Assembly (NCBI GenBank): GCA_963712115.1
Contig: CAVQGX010000043.1
Span: 1 to 64,000, forward strand
Reading direction: 5' to 3'
DNA from: an uncultured delta proteobacterium
Lineage (GTDB): Bacteria; Desulfobacterota; Syntrophobacteria; BM002
DNA: 64,000 nt
Below are positions 19,012 through 28,338 of the stretch, one piece after another; position 1 is the stretch's first letter; each line of letters begins with the position of its first letter. The notes beneath the pieces are model-generated. The model saw nothing but the letters and a program-made list of their open reading frames with translations. It was not told the origin of the DNA and ran no database searches. A program made the translations under genes and the position numbers.

Positions 19012-20223
19012 CTAACGCTGGTCCCAGGCCGGCGTCGGGTAGATGTGCTCAGCTGTTGCAACCTCCGGTGGCCATATGATCTGATACTTACCCTTTTGGA
19101 TCTGAGAGGGGTAGGTGTTAATAGTTCCCACACCGTTTTCTGCGAACCAGACAACCCCTCCGAGTGTTGTGATCCTCAGATTCTTCAAACTCTTCATCAG
19201 AGCCGCTGGCTCTAGGGTACCCGCCTGATTGAGTGCAGCTTCGGCTATTTCAAAAGCCATCATGTAGGCTGGAGACCAAGGGTAATCGTCCAAGTCGATG
19301 TTGGCCTCCCCCAGGATTGAGAGGAAGCGGTCCGGGTCGCTGTATTTCATGCCGGGCTCCCAGTAGGACTGCCCCACCACATAGTCAGCTGCATCTCCCA
19401 GAGGCTGGCGGAATACACCGCTATGATGTATGCAATGAAACTCTTTCGGGGAGAGGTTCAATTCCCTGGCCTGTTTCATAAAGGCAACTGCAAAAGGAAT
19501 GTTTGATGAGACATAAACGATCTCAGGGTTAAGCTTCTTGAGCTTCAAAATAGCCGGAGTGAAGTCGCTGGTATCCGGAGGAAAGATGTCGCCTGCCACA
19601 ACTTTAAGGCCTGCTTGCTCAGCCAGCACTCGGGAGCCTTTATATACACCTACCGGATGGAGAGTGTCTTCCACTACAAACCCAACAGAGCGAGCTTTGC
19701 CCTCGGCCTTGACCATTTCCCAGTAGCGATAGGTGTATCGGGATGCGGCATCGATGACGCAAACTATCCATTTGAAGCCTCGGTCATATACTTTAGGGGA
19801 GTTGGCGCAAATGGCTATGAATGGAATTTGGTGCTGTTCTGAAGCTGAACTGGCAGCGAAGGTTAGGGGACTGCTGTAGGGACCGAAGAGCAGGTGAGCT
19901 CCGTCCACGGTGACTAACCTTTCGTAATACCGCCGCGCAGTGGCGGCATCGCTTCGGTCATCATAGGTGATTAACTTCAAAGGTAGTTTGCGATTGTATT
20001 TTTTTAAGTAGATTCCGCCCCGACGATTAACCTGGTCAACCCAGGCCTGACAAAGTCGTTGGAAAGGACCAACCTCAGTGGAGAACTTACCAGAAGCGGA
20101 AACCGTCACTCCAACCAAGATGGAATCTGGAGCAGGGGGCTTGCGGAGGTAAATGAATACTACTACTCCCAAAACTACTATCAATACCGCAGCTAGTCCA
20201 ATGTATAGACCTCGTGTTTTCAT
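19012..20223 (-). CDS. amino acid ABC transporter substrate-binding protein (LivK superfamily)
   Basis: N-terminal TM, VNRRGGI, YDDRSD, LFGPYSSPL; AAGGAGGTGA RBS. Confidence 0.9.
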   Translation of the reverse strand: MKTRGLYIGLAAVLIVVLGVVVFIYLRKPPAPDSILVGVTVSASGKFSTEVGPFQRLCQAWVDQVNRRGGIYLKKYNRKLPLKLITYDDRSDAATARRYYERLVTVDGAHLLFGPYSSPLTFAASSASEQHQIPFIAICANSPKVYDRGFKWIVCVIDAASRYTYRYWEMVKAEGKARSVGFVVEDTLHPVGVYKGSRVLAEQAGLKVVAGDIFPPDTSDFTPAILKLKKLNPEIVYVSSNIPFAVAFMKQARELNLSPKEFHCIHHSGVFRQPLGDAADYVVGQSYWEPGMKYSDPDRFLSILGEANIDLDDYPWSPAYMMAFEIAEAALNQAGTLEPAALMKSLKNLRITTLGGVVWFAENGVGTINTYPSQIQKGKYQIIWPPEVATAEHIYPTPAWDQR

Positions 20224-20235
20224 GAGTTCACCTCC

Positions 20236-20407
20236 TTAAGTTGGTGTCCATCCGGAAATCGCCGCAATTGCATGTCATTCTGAGGAGCAAAGCGACGAAG
20301 AATCTGTTAATTCCCATTTCCGCCGAAGATTCTTCGCTTAGTTTATCCTGAGCTAGCCGAAGGGCTCAGAATGACAGTGAGTGGTTTCCGGATCGTCACC
20401 AACTTAA
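20236..20407. mobile_element. MITE-like element with nested palindromic repeats
   Basis: TIR ttaagttggtgtccatccggaaa / tttccggatcgtcaccaacttaa; inner tgtcattctgag...agaatct / agattct...ctcagaatgaca. Confidence 0.75.
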
Positions 20408-20438
20408 AAAGCCATCCAGCACGAGTCTGGATGGCTTT
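20407..20438. terminator. symmetric terminator-like hairpin
   Basis: aaaagccatccag-cacgagt-ctggatggctttt. Confidence 0.6.
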
Positions 20439-20623
20439 CACCTAGAGCATAACCCGATAGTAAAGCTTCTTGGAGCCTTAATCTATAATGGGCTCCATGT
20501 GTCAATCTTTTTATCGAGTTCGCCCCTGCAATGTCAAGAGAAAAAGGGGGGGTATTGGCATGATAGATGTGGTATACAAACCAGGAACTTTGCTATATCT
20601 ATAGATGAATATCTCCATCGCCC

Positions 20624-21298
20624 ATGGAAAAGACAACTCTTCATATTACGGATCTTTTCAAGCAGTTTGCCCACACGCAGCAAGAATCGCTAAGAGAACT
20701 CCGGCTAGGACAAGCTCTGCGGCTAAACGGCAAGCTTGATCCGTTGCTAACTATCTGCTCCAGTGATTCAGAAATTTCCTTGTTACGGCAATCTTTGCTC
20801 GATCCTTATTTCCCCCTTGGAATGTTGGAAAAAACGGTTTTTTCAGATGTTGATGGGATGCGCTTTTTCATTTTTAAGCGTCGGCCTGATCTGGTGCCAA
20901 TTCTCGCTGCTGAACTTGGCAAATATTCGGAGGCTTTTCTTAAGATCCGGTTTGATATTGAAACGCTTTTTGACCCAATGACGATCACTTGTATTCCCCT
21001 GGATGGACAGAAACATCAGCTTCCGCGAGATCAATGGTGCACCCTCTGCGGGGTGTGCTGCCAGATTGGCGGAGTGCCAGCCGAACCGCCGGCGGGAATC
21101 CATTATCCCGATCACTGGTACAAATATCTAGTGGGCGGGGCGGTGGATAACCAGCAATTGTGTCCCTTTCTATTTCAATATTTTGGAGAGCCCCGTTTTT
21201 TCTGTGCTATTCATCATGTCAAACCGATGAGTTGCAGGTATTTTGACGAAAAAGAGTGTCGCCAGCGACTTTCTAGTCGTGGTTTGCACCAGAACTGA
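20624..21298 (+). CDS. YkgJ/CxxCxxCC cysteine cluster protein
   Basis: CTLCGVCC, CPFL, CAIHHVKPMSCRYF. Confidence 0.75.
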   Translation: MEKTTLHITDLFKQFAHTQQESLRELRLGQALRLNGKLDPLLTICSSDSEISLLRQSLLDPYFPLGMLEKTVFSDVDGMRFFIFKRRPDLVPILAAELGKYSEAFLKIRFDIETLFDPMTITCIPLDGQKHQLPRDQWCTLCGVCCQIGGVPAEPPAGIHYPDHWYKYLVGGAVDNQQLCPFLFQYFGEPRFFCAIHHVKPMSCRYFDEKECRQRLSSRGLHQN

Positions 21299-21309
21299 GT
21301 AAATCTGGG

Positions 21310-22566
21310 ATGAAGAGTTTTTCATTCATTCATACCGCTGATTTGCACCTGGATAGCCCTTTCACTGGACTGCGTCAGGTGGATGGCACTGTTGCCTCTC
21401 TGATCAAAGATGCCACCTTTAGGGCATTTGATAACGTGGTGGATTTAGCCCTTCGCCACAAAGTGGATTTTCTCCTCGTGGCCGGGGACGTATACGATGG
21501 TTCTGATCGGAGTTTGCGTGCTCAGCTTAAGTTTGCCGACGGGTTGGAAAAACTTGCTCGGGCGGGAGTTCGTTCTTTTGTTTGCCATGGCAATCACGAT
21601 CCTCTGGACGGCTGGTCCGCCGCCCTTCGTTGGCCGGAGGGGGTCCACATTTTCGGCCCGGAGCTGGAGTCTATTCCTTTGGTTCTCGACGGTGAAAATG
21701 TTGTGGTTGTTCATGGTATCAGTTACCCCAAATCGCAGATAGACGAAGATTTCGGCAAGGGTTTTCACCGCCAGGGGCCATATCCCTTTCAGATCGGCCT
21801 GTTTCACTGCAGCTTGGGAAGCGATCCAGCCCATGAGACCTACGCCCCCCGCACAATTAATGAACTGGTGTCCGCAGACCTGGATTATTGGGCTTTGGGT
21901 CATGTTCACACATACCGGCTGCTGAAAGACGGCCACCCCTTTATTGCATATCCGGGAAACACTCAGGGACTCCATATTCGTGAGCCCGGCCCTCGCGGCT
22001 GCCTTGTAGTGCAGGTGGATGGGCAAGGAACAGTCAATGCCAGATTCGAGCCGACAGACGCTGTGCGCTGGTTTTCTAAAAATATTCAGATCAATGATCT
22101 TGAGACAGAACCAGATCTCATCGAAGCACTGGAACGAACCTGTGATGAGATTCGCCATGAAGCTCAGGGACGGCCGGCCATTGCCAGAATCACCATTATT
22201 GGTAGGGGCGTGTTGCATTCGGTTTTACGGAGGCCGCAAGTGGTGGGTGACCTGATGGAGCGTTTGCGTGAGACAGGACTTGAATCAGCGCCGCCGCTTT
22301 GGATCGAGCGGATCCAGGTTCAAACGAATACCCCTATTGATTTAGATTCTAGGAGAAATTCTGCTGATTTTCTTGGTGAGGTTCTACGGCTTATTGAAAA
22401 TTCTCGCCGGAATCCGACGGGGCTACAGGAAGTGATCAGCGAGCTTTACCATGATCGGCGGGTGCGAAGATTTTTGGAGATCCCTGCAGAAGAAGAGGTT
22501 GTTGAAATCCTCGGTGAAGTTGAAAGCATGTGTTTGGATGAGCTCGTGGCGGAGGAGACCGAGTGA
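21310..22566 (+). CDS. yhaO: DNA repair exonuclease, Mre11/SbcD-like YhaO family
   Basis: HTADLHLDSPF, AGDVYD, GNHD, DYWALGHVH, YPGNTQG. Confidence 0.9.
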   Translation: MKSFSFIHTADLHLDSPFTGLRQVDGTVASLIKDATFRAFDNVVDLALRHKVDFLLVAGDVYDGSDRSLRAQLKFADGLEKLARAGVRSFVCHGNHDPLDGWSAALRWPEGVHIFGPELESIPLVLDGENVVVVHGISYPKSQIDEDFGKGFHRQGPYPFQIGLFHCSLGSDPAHETYAPRTINELVSADLDYWALGHVHTYRLLKDGHPFIAYPGNTQGLHIREPGPRGCLVVQVDGQGTVNARFEPTDAVRWFSKNIQINDLETEPDLIEALERTCDEIRHEAQGRPAIARITIIGRGVLHSVLRRPQVVGDLMERLRETGLESAPPLWIERIQVQTNTPIDLDSRRNSADFLGEVLRLIENSRRNPTGLQEVISELYHDRRVRRFLEIPAEEEVVEILGEVESMCLDELVAEETE

Positions 22567-25500
22567 GGCTTGCGGCCATTCATATCGATGGATTTGGCAT
22601 ATTTCATGAGCTTGATGTTGTGCGGTTGTCGCCAGGATTAAACGTCTTTCTCGGTGACAACGAGTCGGGCAAAACCACTTTACTTGCCTTTTTTCGCACT
22701 ATCCTTTTCGGCTTTGCGCCAGGACAGCGGCGGGAAAATCTTTATCCACCCTTGACAGGTGGCCGTCACGGCGGTCGTCTGATTCTGCTGGGGCAGGAGG
22801 GTGAAGAGTATGCAATCACCCGCCACCAGGGACGTAAGCGAGGGCCGGTGACAGTAACTCTGCCTGACGGTAGTCAGGGCGACGAGGAGGTACTGCGTCA
22901 GTTAACTGGTGCTGCCACAGAAGATCTTTTTCGGTCGGTCTTCGCCTTCAGCCTCTCGGAATTGCAGAGCTTCGATTCCCTCAACAGCCAGGCTGTTAGA
23001 TCTGCGATTTACAGTGCAGGTGCCGGCGTTGGTAAGGTTTCATTGGCCAAAGTGGAGAAAGATCTGCAGGATTCCATTGGGCGAATTTTCAAATCCGGTG
23101 GAAGAAAGCCCTTGATCAACCAGATTTTGAGAGAGTTGCAGGAGATAGATTTCACTATTGGCCAGCGGGTGGCGGAAATTGACCGGTACGATGGACTTCG
23201 GGATGACCTAGATCAGTTGGCTGTCAAGATTGAGGGTGCGAAAAGCCTTCTTGACACAAAGAGGCACAGACTCGAGCGGGTTAGACTCCTGCAAAGGGGT
23301 TGGGGGGACTGGGTAGGTCTTTGTAGAATCCAAGAGGAAATTGCTGATCTTCCCAAGATCGAGGTATTTCCCGCAGATGGTGTCAACCGGCTGGAGAAAC
23401 TACAGGAAAGAAATCGACTTCTCAGTATCCATAGAGGCGAACTGGCTCAGAGGATTGAACAGGTAGAGAAAAATCTGAACATACTCGAACCACGACTAAA
23501 GTGGCTGGCAGCAGGAGAACAAATCCGTCTATTAGAGAGAAAGGTGGAGCGATTTTCTGCTGCCAATCAGGAACTGATGGAAATCCGCCTGCGGTTGGAA
23601 AACCAACGAAAATCGCTGGTAAATGATCTCAAGGGTTTGGGACCGGACTGGCAGCAGGACAATCTGGATAGATTTGACGCTTCCATCAGTGCCCGGGAAG
23701 AGATTCTCCGTCATCTGGAGAGACTGGAAGGGGCTCGAGATGGCAAACGCCAGTCTGAGCGCGCTTTGGTCAATGCGACCAGTGGGTTTGAGCAAGCGGA
23801 GGTTAGGGCACGGGAGGCTGAGAAAGCTTTAGGGCAGATTTCGGAGCCGACGGAAAAGGACCCTCGTGTTCTTTTGAGGAGACGACAAAGATTGCGTTCT
23901 TTGCGCAACCTAATCCAGATCGGACGAGACCTGGACCGCCGCTCAGAACAGCTGCGAGAGCGTCAGGAGGATTTCCAGAAGCAAAGGGATGGTTTGAACC
24001 AGCAAATGGAAGGGATAGGAACCGCACCACTCTGGCCAATAGTACTAGCGTTTCTGCTGTCCGCTGCCGCTGGCTTCACTGCTGGTTGGTATCGGGACTT
24101 GTTTGCCGGCGCGGCAGTTACTGCGGTTGGTTTGCTTCTAACTGTTGCCTTACTCTGGTTCACTCTCGGACAAAGGAGCCGGCAGAAGGCTCAGAAGGAT
24201 CTCCTGATACAGCAACTCTTTGAGATCGAGGAAAAATTGGATTCTCTGAGTGGTGAGGAAGGACTATTGCTGGCTGAGATTAGTGCTAATGACCAGGAAA
24301 TAGTCCACTCAGCACAAACTTTGGGATTCAGGACCCGCCCAAGCCTGGAAGAGGTAGACCAAGGTGAGTCTGAGTTAGAGGCTGAACAGGAGGCTCTCCA
24401 TCTTTGGCAGCCTGCACACCAACGATACCAGGAGTGCAAGGAGGAAACTGAACGATGCCAGAGAGAATTGGTTGAGGCTGAGCAAAATATGGTAGAAGCG
24501 CAAAAGGCACTCCACGACTCGGAACAGCAGTGGCTGAGCTGGCTGAGCCAGGCAGGTCTGGCCGAGAGCCTCACTCCCAACTCCGCTCTGGAAGTTATGG
24601 AACGAATTCGCTCACTCCGTCAACAGGCGGGATCACTGAGAGAAATTGAAGATAGGCTCAATGTGCTGGAGAGATTAGTGCAGGATTACCGCGAAGAAAC
24701 AAAGTCTATTGCTCAGCAGTTGGAAGTAAGCGACATATTGACGGAGGATGTCGAAACGGTGGTTCATAGGTTGGTGTCTGAATTGGAGAGAGAGGAAGAG
24801 GCTCAAAGGAGCCGTGAGGCGCTCCAACAGCAGCTGGGGGAATACAAGGGAGAGCTAGAACAAGACAGTGTACATTTGCGAGAGGTTGAGGAGGAGCTTA
24901 AGGGTCTGTTCACAGAAGGGGGAGCTACCGACGAGGCCGAATTTCGCCATAGGGCTAATCTCTATGAGCATCGTCTGACGGCGAAGGTAGCTTTAGAACA
25001 ACACTTGAGTAACCTGGAGAATCTCGGTGGACGGGGCGATGACCAGGTTCGGTTCCAGGAGGAACTGCACCGTTGTTCACCAGAGAGACTGCAAGCTGAT
25101 GGGGATGAACTTCAGCAAGAGGTTAAGGAACTGGAAGAAAAACTCGCATCATTACAGGAGCAGTTTGGCCGTCTCGATGAACGGAGGGAGCAGCTAGAGT
25201 CAGCAGAGGAACTCTCAGTTTTGCGGCAGCGCCGCAAAGGGCTACTGGCGGAACTCAGCGAAATTGCTAACCGTTGGAGTGTCCTATCCATCTGCCTTCG
25301 TTTCCTACAAGAAGCCCGCCGGATCTATGAGAAGGAAAGAAAACAACCGGTAGTACGAGAGTCAGAACATTTTTTCCGAACTATCACAAATGGTCGATAT
25401 CAGGCGATAGTGGCGCCTCACGGCGAAGAAAGCATCGAGGTTGTGGGAGCTAACGGTAGTCGTTACCAACTAGATATCCTTAGTCGAGGCACTGCCGAAC

Positions 25501-25769
25501 AACTGTATCTTTCCTTGCGTTTTGGCTATGTTCAAGAATTTGGCCGTCGGGCTCAACCCCTGCCTGTGGTCATGGATGACATCCTAGTAAATTTCGATCC
25601 ACAGAGGGCACGGGCCTCGATCAGCGCCATACTAGAGCTAGCTGAGAGGAATCAGATACTTTTTTTTACCTGCCATCCCGAAACCGTCTCTCTGATCAAG
25701 GAGCTCGATCAGAGTATCCCGGTTTGGCGGCTCGAAGGAGGAGACTGTAGGGCGGATGGTTCCGCGTAG
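22563..25769 (+). CDS. yhaN: SMC-like ATPase, YhaN family
   Basis: GDNESGKTT, long coiled coil with two central TMs, LSRGTAEQLYLSLR, MDDILVNFD, FFTCH. Confidence 0.9.
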   Translation: MRLAAIHIDGFGIFHELDVVRLSPGLNVFLGDNESGKTTLLAFFRTILFGFAPGQRRENLYPPLTGGRHGGRLILLGQEGEEYAITRHQGRKRGPVTVTLPDGSQGDEEVLRQLTGAATEDLFRSVFAFSLSELQSFDSLNSQAVRSAIYSAGAGVGKVSLAKVEKDLQDSIGRIFKSGGRKPLINQILRELQEIDFTIGQRVAEIDRYDGLRDDLDQLAVKIEGAKSLLDTKRHRLERVRLLQRGWGDWVGLCRIQEEIADLPKIEVFPADGVNRLEKLQERNRLLSIHRGELAQRIEQVEKNLNILEPRLKWLAAGEQIRLLERKVERFSAANQELMEIRLRLENQRKSLVNDLKGLGPDWQQDNLDRFDASISAREEILRHLERLEGARDGKRQSERALVNATSGFEQAEVRAREAEKALGQISEPTEKDPRVLLRRRQRLRSLRNLIQIGRDLDRRSEQLRERQEDFQKQRDGLNQQMEGIGTAPLWPIVLAFLLSAAAGFTAGWYRDLFAGAAVTAVGLLLTVALLWFTLGQRSRQKAQKDLLIQQLFEIEEKLDSLSGEEGLLLAEISANDQEIVHSAQTLGFRTRPSLEEVDQGESELEAEQEALHLWQPAHQRYQECKEETERCQRELVEAEQNMVEAQKALHDSEQQWLSWLSQAGLAESLTPNSALEVMERIRSLRQQAGSLREIEDRLNVLERLVQDYREETKSIAQQLEVSDILTEDVETVVHRLVSELEREEEAQRSREALQQQLGEYKGELEQDSVHLREVEEELKGLFTEGGATDEAEFRHRANLYEHRLTAKVALEQHLSNLENLGGRGDDQVRFQEELHRCSPERLQADGDELQQEVKELEEKLASLQEQFGRLDERREQLESAEELSVLRQRRKGLLAELSEIANRWSVLSICLRFLQEARRIYEKERKQPVVRESEHFFRTITNGRYQAIVAPHGEESIEVVGANGSRYQLDILSRGTAEQLYLSLRFGYVQEFGRRAQPLPVVMDDILVNFDPQRARASISAILELAERNQILFFTCHPETVSLIKELDQSIPVWRLEGGDCRADGSA

Positions 25770-25911
25770 CGGGTTCATCCGACAAAAGAGTGATTTTTTG
25801 GTAATTTGGCATTTGGATTTGGGATTTGTTTGCGATTTAGGATTTAGACGCCGGCCACACCTTACTCGCATGGGTAAATACAGGTTTCTCAGGAGGTTGG
25901 AATCGACCACG

Positions 25912-26337
25912 ATGGACCATGCTGAAATAGGACACGTTTTCGTCTACGGCAGCCTGAAGCAGGGCGAACCCTTGTATTTCTTTGAGGGTATTAGGGATTT
26001 GCGCCTTGAGATCTTTCCTGCGAGAGTGCAAGGTGGGTTGCTCTATAATCTTGGCCTTTTTCCCGGAATGATTCTGAAGTCCAATGCTGGTGTGGTTATG
26101 GGAGAGGTTCAACGTTTTCGCCAAATAGAAACGGTCCTGGGGATCCTTGACGAAGTGGAGGAATATTACGGGGAAGGGGATCCGAACAATCTCTACCGCC
26201 GAGTTGAGCATGAAGCGGAGCTCCTTAATGGAGAGGGCTTTATTACCTGTTGGTTTTATGAGTACGTGGGGCCAATGGATGAGGCCGAATTTATAGAGAG
26301 TGGCGTCTGGCACGGAACGCCAGTGCAACCCTATTAA
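25912..26337 (+). CDS. gamma-glutamylcyclotransferase (AIG2-like)
   Basis: VFVYGSLKQG, GEV, LDEVE, LYRR; ATG 25912 with AGGAGG upstream. Confidence 0.88.
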   Translation: MDHAEIGHVFVYGSLKQGEPLYFFEGIRDLRLEIFPARVQGGLLYNLGLFPGMILKSNAGVVMGEVQRFRQIETVLGILDEVEEYYGEGDPNNLYRRVEHEAELLNGEGFITCWFYEYVGPMDEAEFIESGVWHGTPVQPY

Positions 26338-26466
26338 AGTCCGATGTGTGATATGTGATGTGCGATGTGAGGAGAAAAAATGATTTAGTCAGTTTATCCC
26401 ACATCCCAGATCTCACATCCCACATCCTTAATAGTGTCTTTTCGGATTTAGATATTAGGATTTGAT

Positions 26467-27121
26467 ATGACCCAGATACTAAGTGGCGATTTGTTCGGAA
26501 GGCATTATGGTGGCAACGGACAGTATGGCCACAACTTTGGATGCGGATGGCAAGGAGCGACAATTTACCATTGACAAGCTCTTTTCCATTGGGAGTCATG
26601 CCTTTGTTGTCAGTGGTGGAATGGGTATAAGTGTTGAGCTCAGCAGGAGATTTAAACAATATGCGGAAAAGCGGCAGTTAGTTGGAATTGAGAAAATAAT
26701 CGGAGCGGCAGGGGCATACCTGTCAGACCAGTTCAGGCAAGCTATGGGCGGAATTGGCCAACCTAAAGGTATGGAGGGGCAGCTTGACAGGATCTATTTT
26801 CTGGTGGGGGGCTATTCATTTCGGTCCCAGGAAGATTCCTATCAGCTTGCCCTCTGGGGAAGTGAGGAAGGACAACTACCCCTTCAGAGGATTCAAATAG
26901 GTAAAAGTGTGGCCATACCGCGAACCCTCGCAGGAGAAACAAGGCTATTTCGTATGTGCCAGGAAAATAGCTCGCTTACGGATCTTATCAATTTCGCCAG
27001 AGAGTTTCTTCAGCAGCAAGCGAAAACAAATCCCCAAATTGGGCCACCTTTTTGGTTTGGCACGGTGACCCCGAAGGGATTCGAGCTTTTTGAGCAAATT
27101 ATGGCCAGGGTTAAAGTATGA
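26467..27121 (+). pseudogene. Ntn-hydrolase/proteasome beta-like protein with an apparent 1-bp frameshift after codon 5
   Basis: ATG ACC CAG ATA CTA [A] GTG GCG ATT; removing one A gives MTQILVAICSEGIMVATDS, a typical Thr-first Ntn N-terminus. Confidence 0.6.
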
Positions 27122-27429
27122 CCGATCCATTTATAGTGAGCGTTACCGAAAAGGAGATAAAGCAGGAGCGGGAAAAGGCCAGGGCTCTGCGTAAAACGCG
27201 GTGGTGGAAGCAAAGATTATCCCGCGGCACCTGCTATTACTGCGGTCAACGTTTTGCACCGCATGAGCTGACCATGGATCACATCATTCCAATGATCCGC
27301 GGGGGCAGAAGTACTAAGAACAACCTTGCAACAGCTTGTAAAGACTGCAACAACAAAAAGAAACATATGCTTCCCATGGAATGGGAAGAGTATCTTACAA
27401 ATCTCACCAGCAACGATGATAGCCCATAG
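27118..27429 (+). CDS. HNH endonuclease (small YajD-like)
   Basis: CYYC, TMDHIIP, GG, NL...CKDCNNKK. Confidence 0.9.
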   Translation: MTDPFIVSVTEKEIKQEREKARALRKTRWWKQRLSRGTCYYCGQRFAPHELTMDHIIPMIRGGRSTKNNLATACKDCNNKKKHMLPMEWEEYLTNLTSNDDSP

Positions 27430-27553
27430 ACGATAAGTCGTTGATCCAATTTGTGAAGGCATGTTTTTTGTATGTTGAGAGGTGTAAAAACCTGCCAAGC
27501 TGTATCCGGGGAGGAAGCCAACAGTTCTTGACTACAGGTAAAAGGGGGACACT

Positions 27554-27733
27554 ATGACAGGTGTTGGGCCTGAAGGTGAAAACGTCAGAAAGGCAGTTCA
27601 GTGGATTTCGGATAAACGGCAGTATGAAGAGGGCGGTCCGCTTGCCACCCTCATTGAAGAGGCAAGCGGGAGATTCAATCTTTCTCCAAAAGATGAAGAA
27701 TTCCTCTTTCGTTTCTTTAAGGGCAAAGAGTAA
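27554..27733 (+). CDS. small hypothetical protein, 59 aa (not in the ORF track)
   Basis: GGGGG RBS; MTGVGPEGENVRKAVQWISDKRQ...LIEEASGRFNLSPKDEEFLFRFF; recalled as resembling small proteins of deltaproteobacteria. Confidence 0.7.
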   Translation: MTGVGPEGENVRKAVQWISDKRQYEEGGPLATLIEEASGRFNLSPKDEEFLFRFFKGKE

Positions 27734-27869
27734 TTACCACGCCTGCCGGCATCTCAAAGCCGGGTCTTTTCCCGCACGGTGGGATCTTCGATTGGTTCGG
27801 TTTTTTACTCTTGTATTGACCGGGAAAGTCATTACAATAGAGTAACCGCATTGCTTTTGTTGTACATGT

Positions 27870-27943
27870 TCGGGGGTCGTCTAAGGGCAGGACAGGGGTC
27901 TTTGGAACCTCTAATCTAGGTTCGAATCCTAGCCCCCGAGCCA
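27870..27943 (+). tRNA. tRNA-Gln (TTG)
   Basis: Acceptor TCGGGGG/CCCCCGA, anticodon arm GGGGT-CT TTG GA-ACCTC, T-loop GGTTCGAATCC, encoded CCA. Confidence 0.96.
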
Positions 27944-27984
27944 TTAGAAAAAAGGCCTTCCCACCGGGAAGGCCTTTTTTCTAA
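27944..27984 (+). terminator. intrinsic terminator after the tRNA
   Basis: aaaaaaggccttccc-acc-gggaaggcctttttt. Confidence 0.88.
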
Positions 27985-28259
27985 GGTTGCAGAGGGCAGA
28001 GGGAAGGACCTACGTGAGTTTACCCTGAACTTAGTGAAGGGAATCCTAGCCCCAAATCCGCAATTCTAAACTCTGTCCTCTTACCTATTGCCCATCTCCT
28101 ATTACCCAAAATCCCTTTCTTGCCTTTCCCGCTTTTCTCGCCTGAATTTATATGCCCTATGCTCCATGCCCTCTGCCTTCATTACCCATTTCTGGTCAAG
28201 CCTCTTTTGGGTAAAATCCACTGTCCCGAGATCCAAGTAAGTCTTAGCAACCTTAGGTA

Positions 28260-28288
28260 TTGACCTATGGCTATGGAACAAGTAATCT
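28260..28288 (+). promoter_or_regulatory. putative sigma70 promoter
   Basis: TTGACC-N17-TAATCT, 50 bp before the start at 28339. Confidence 0.5.
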
Positions 28289-28338
28289 TCGTCGGTTGTT
28301 ATAGGGATTGCTAAGGCTAGATTTTGAGAGGGAAATAG

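Noticed and set aside
21445-22218. Long antisense ORFs over recognised genes
   Set aside because: They are shadows of well-supported coding sequences and carry no motifs.
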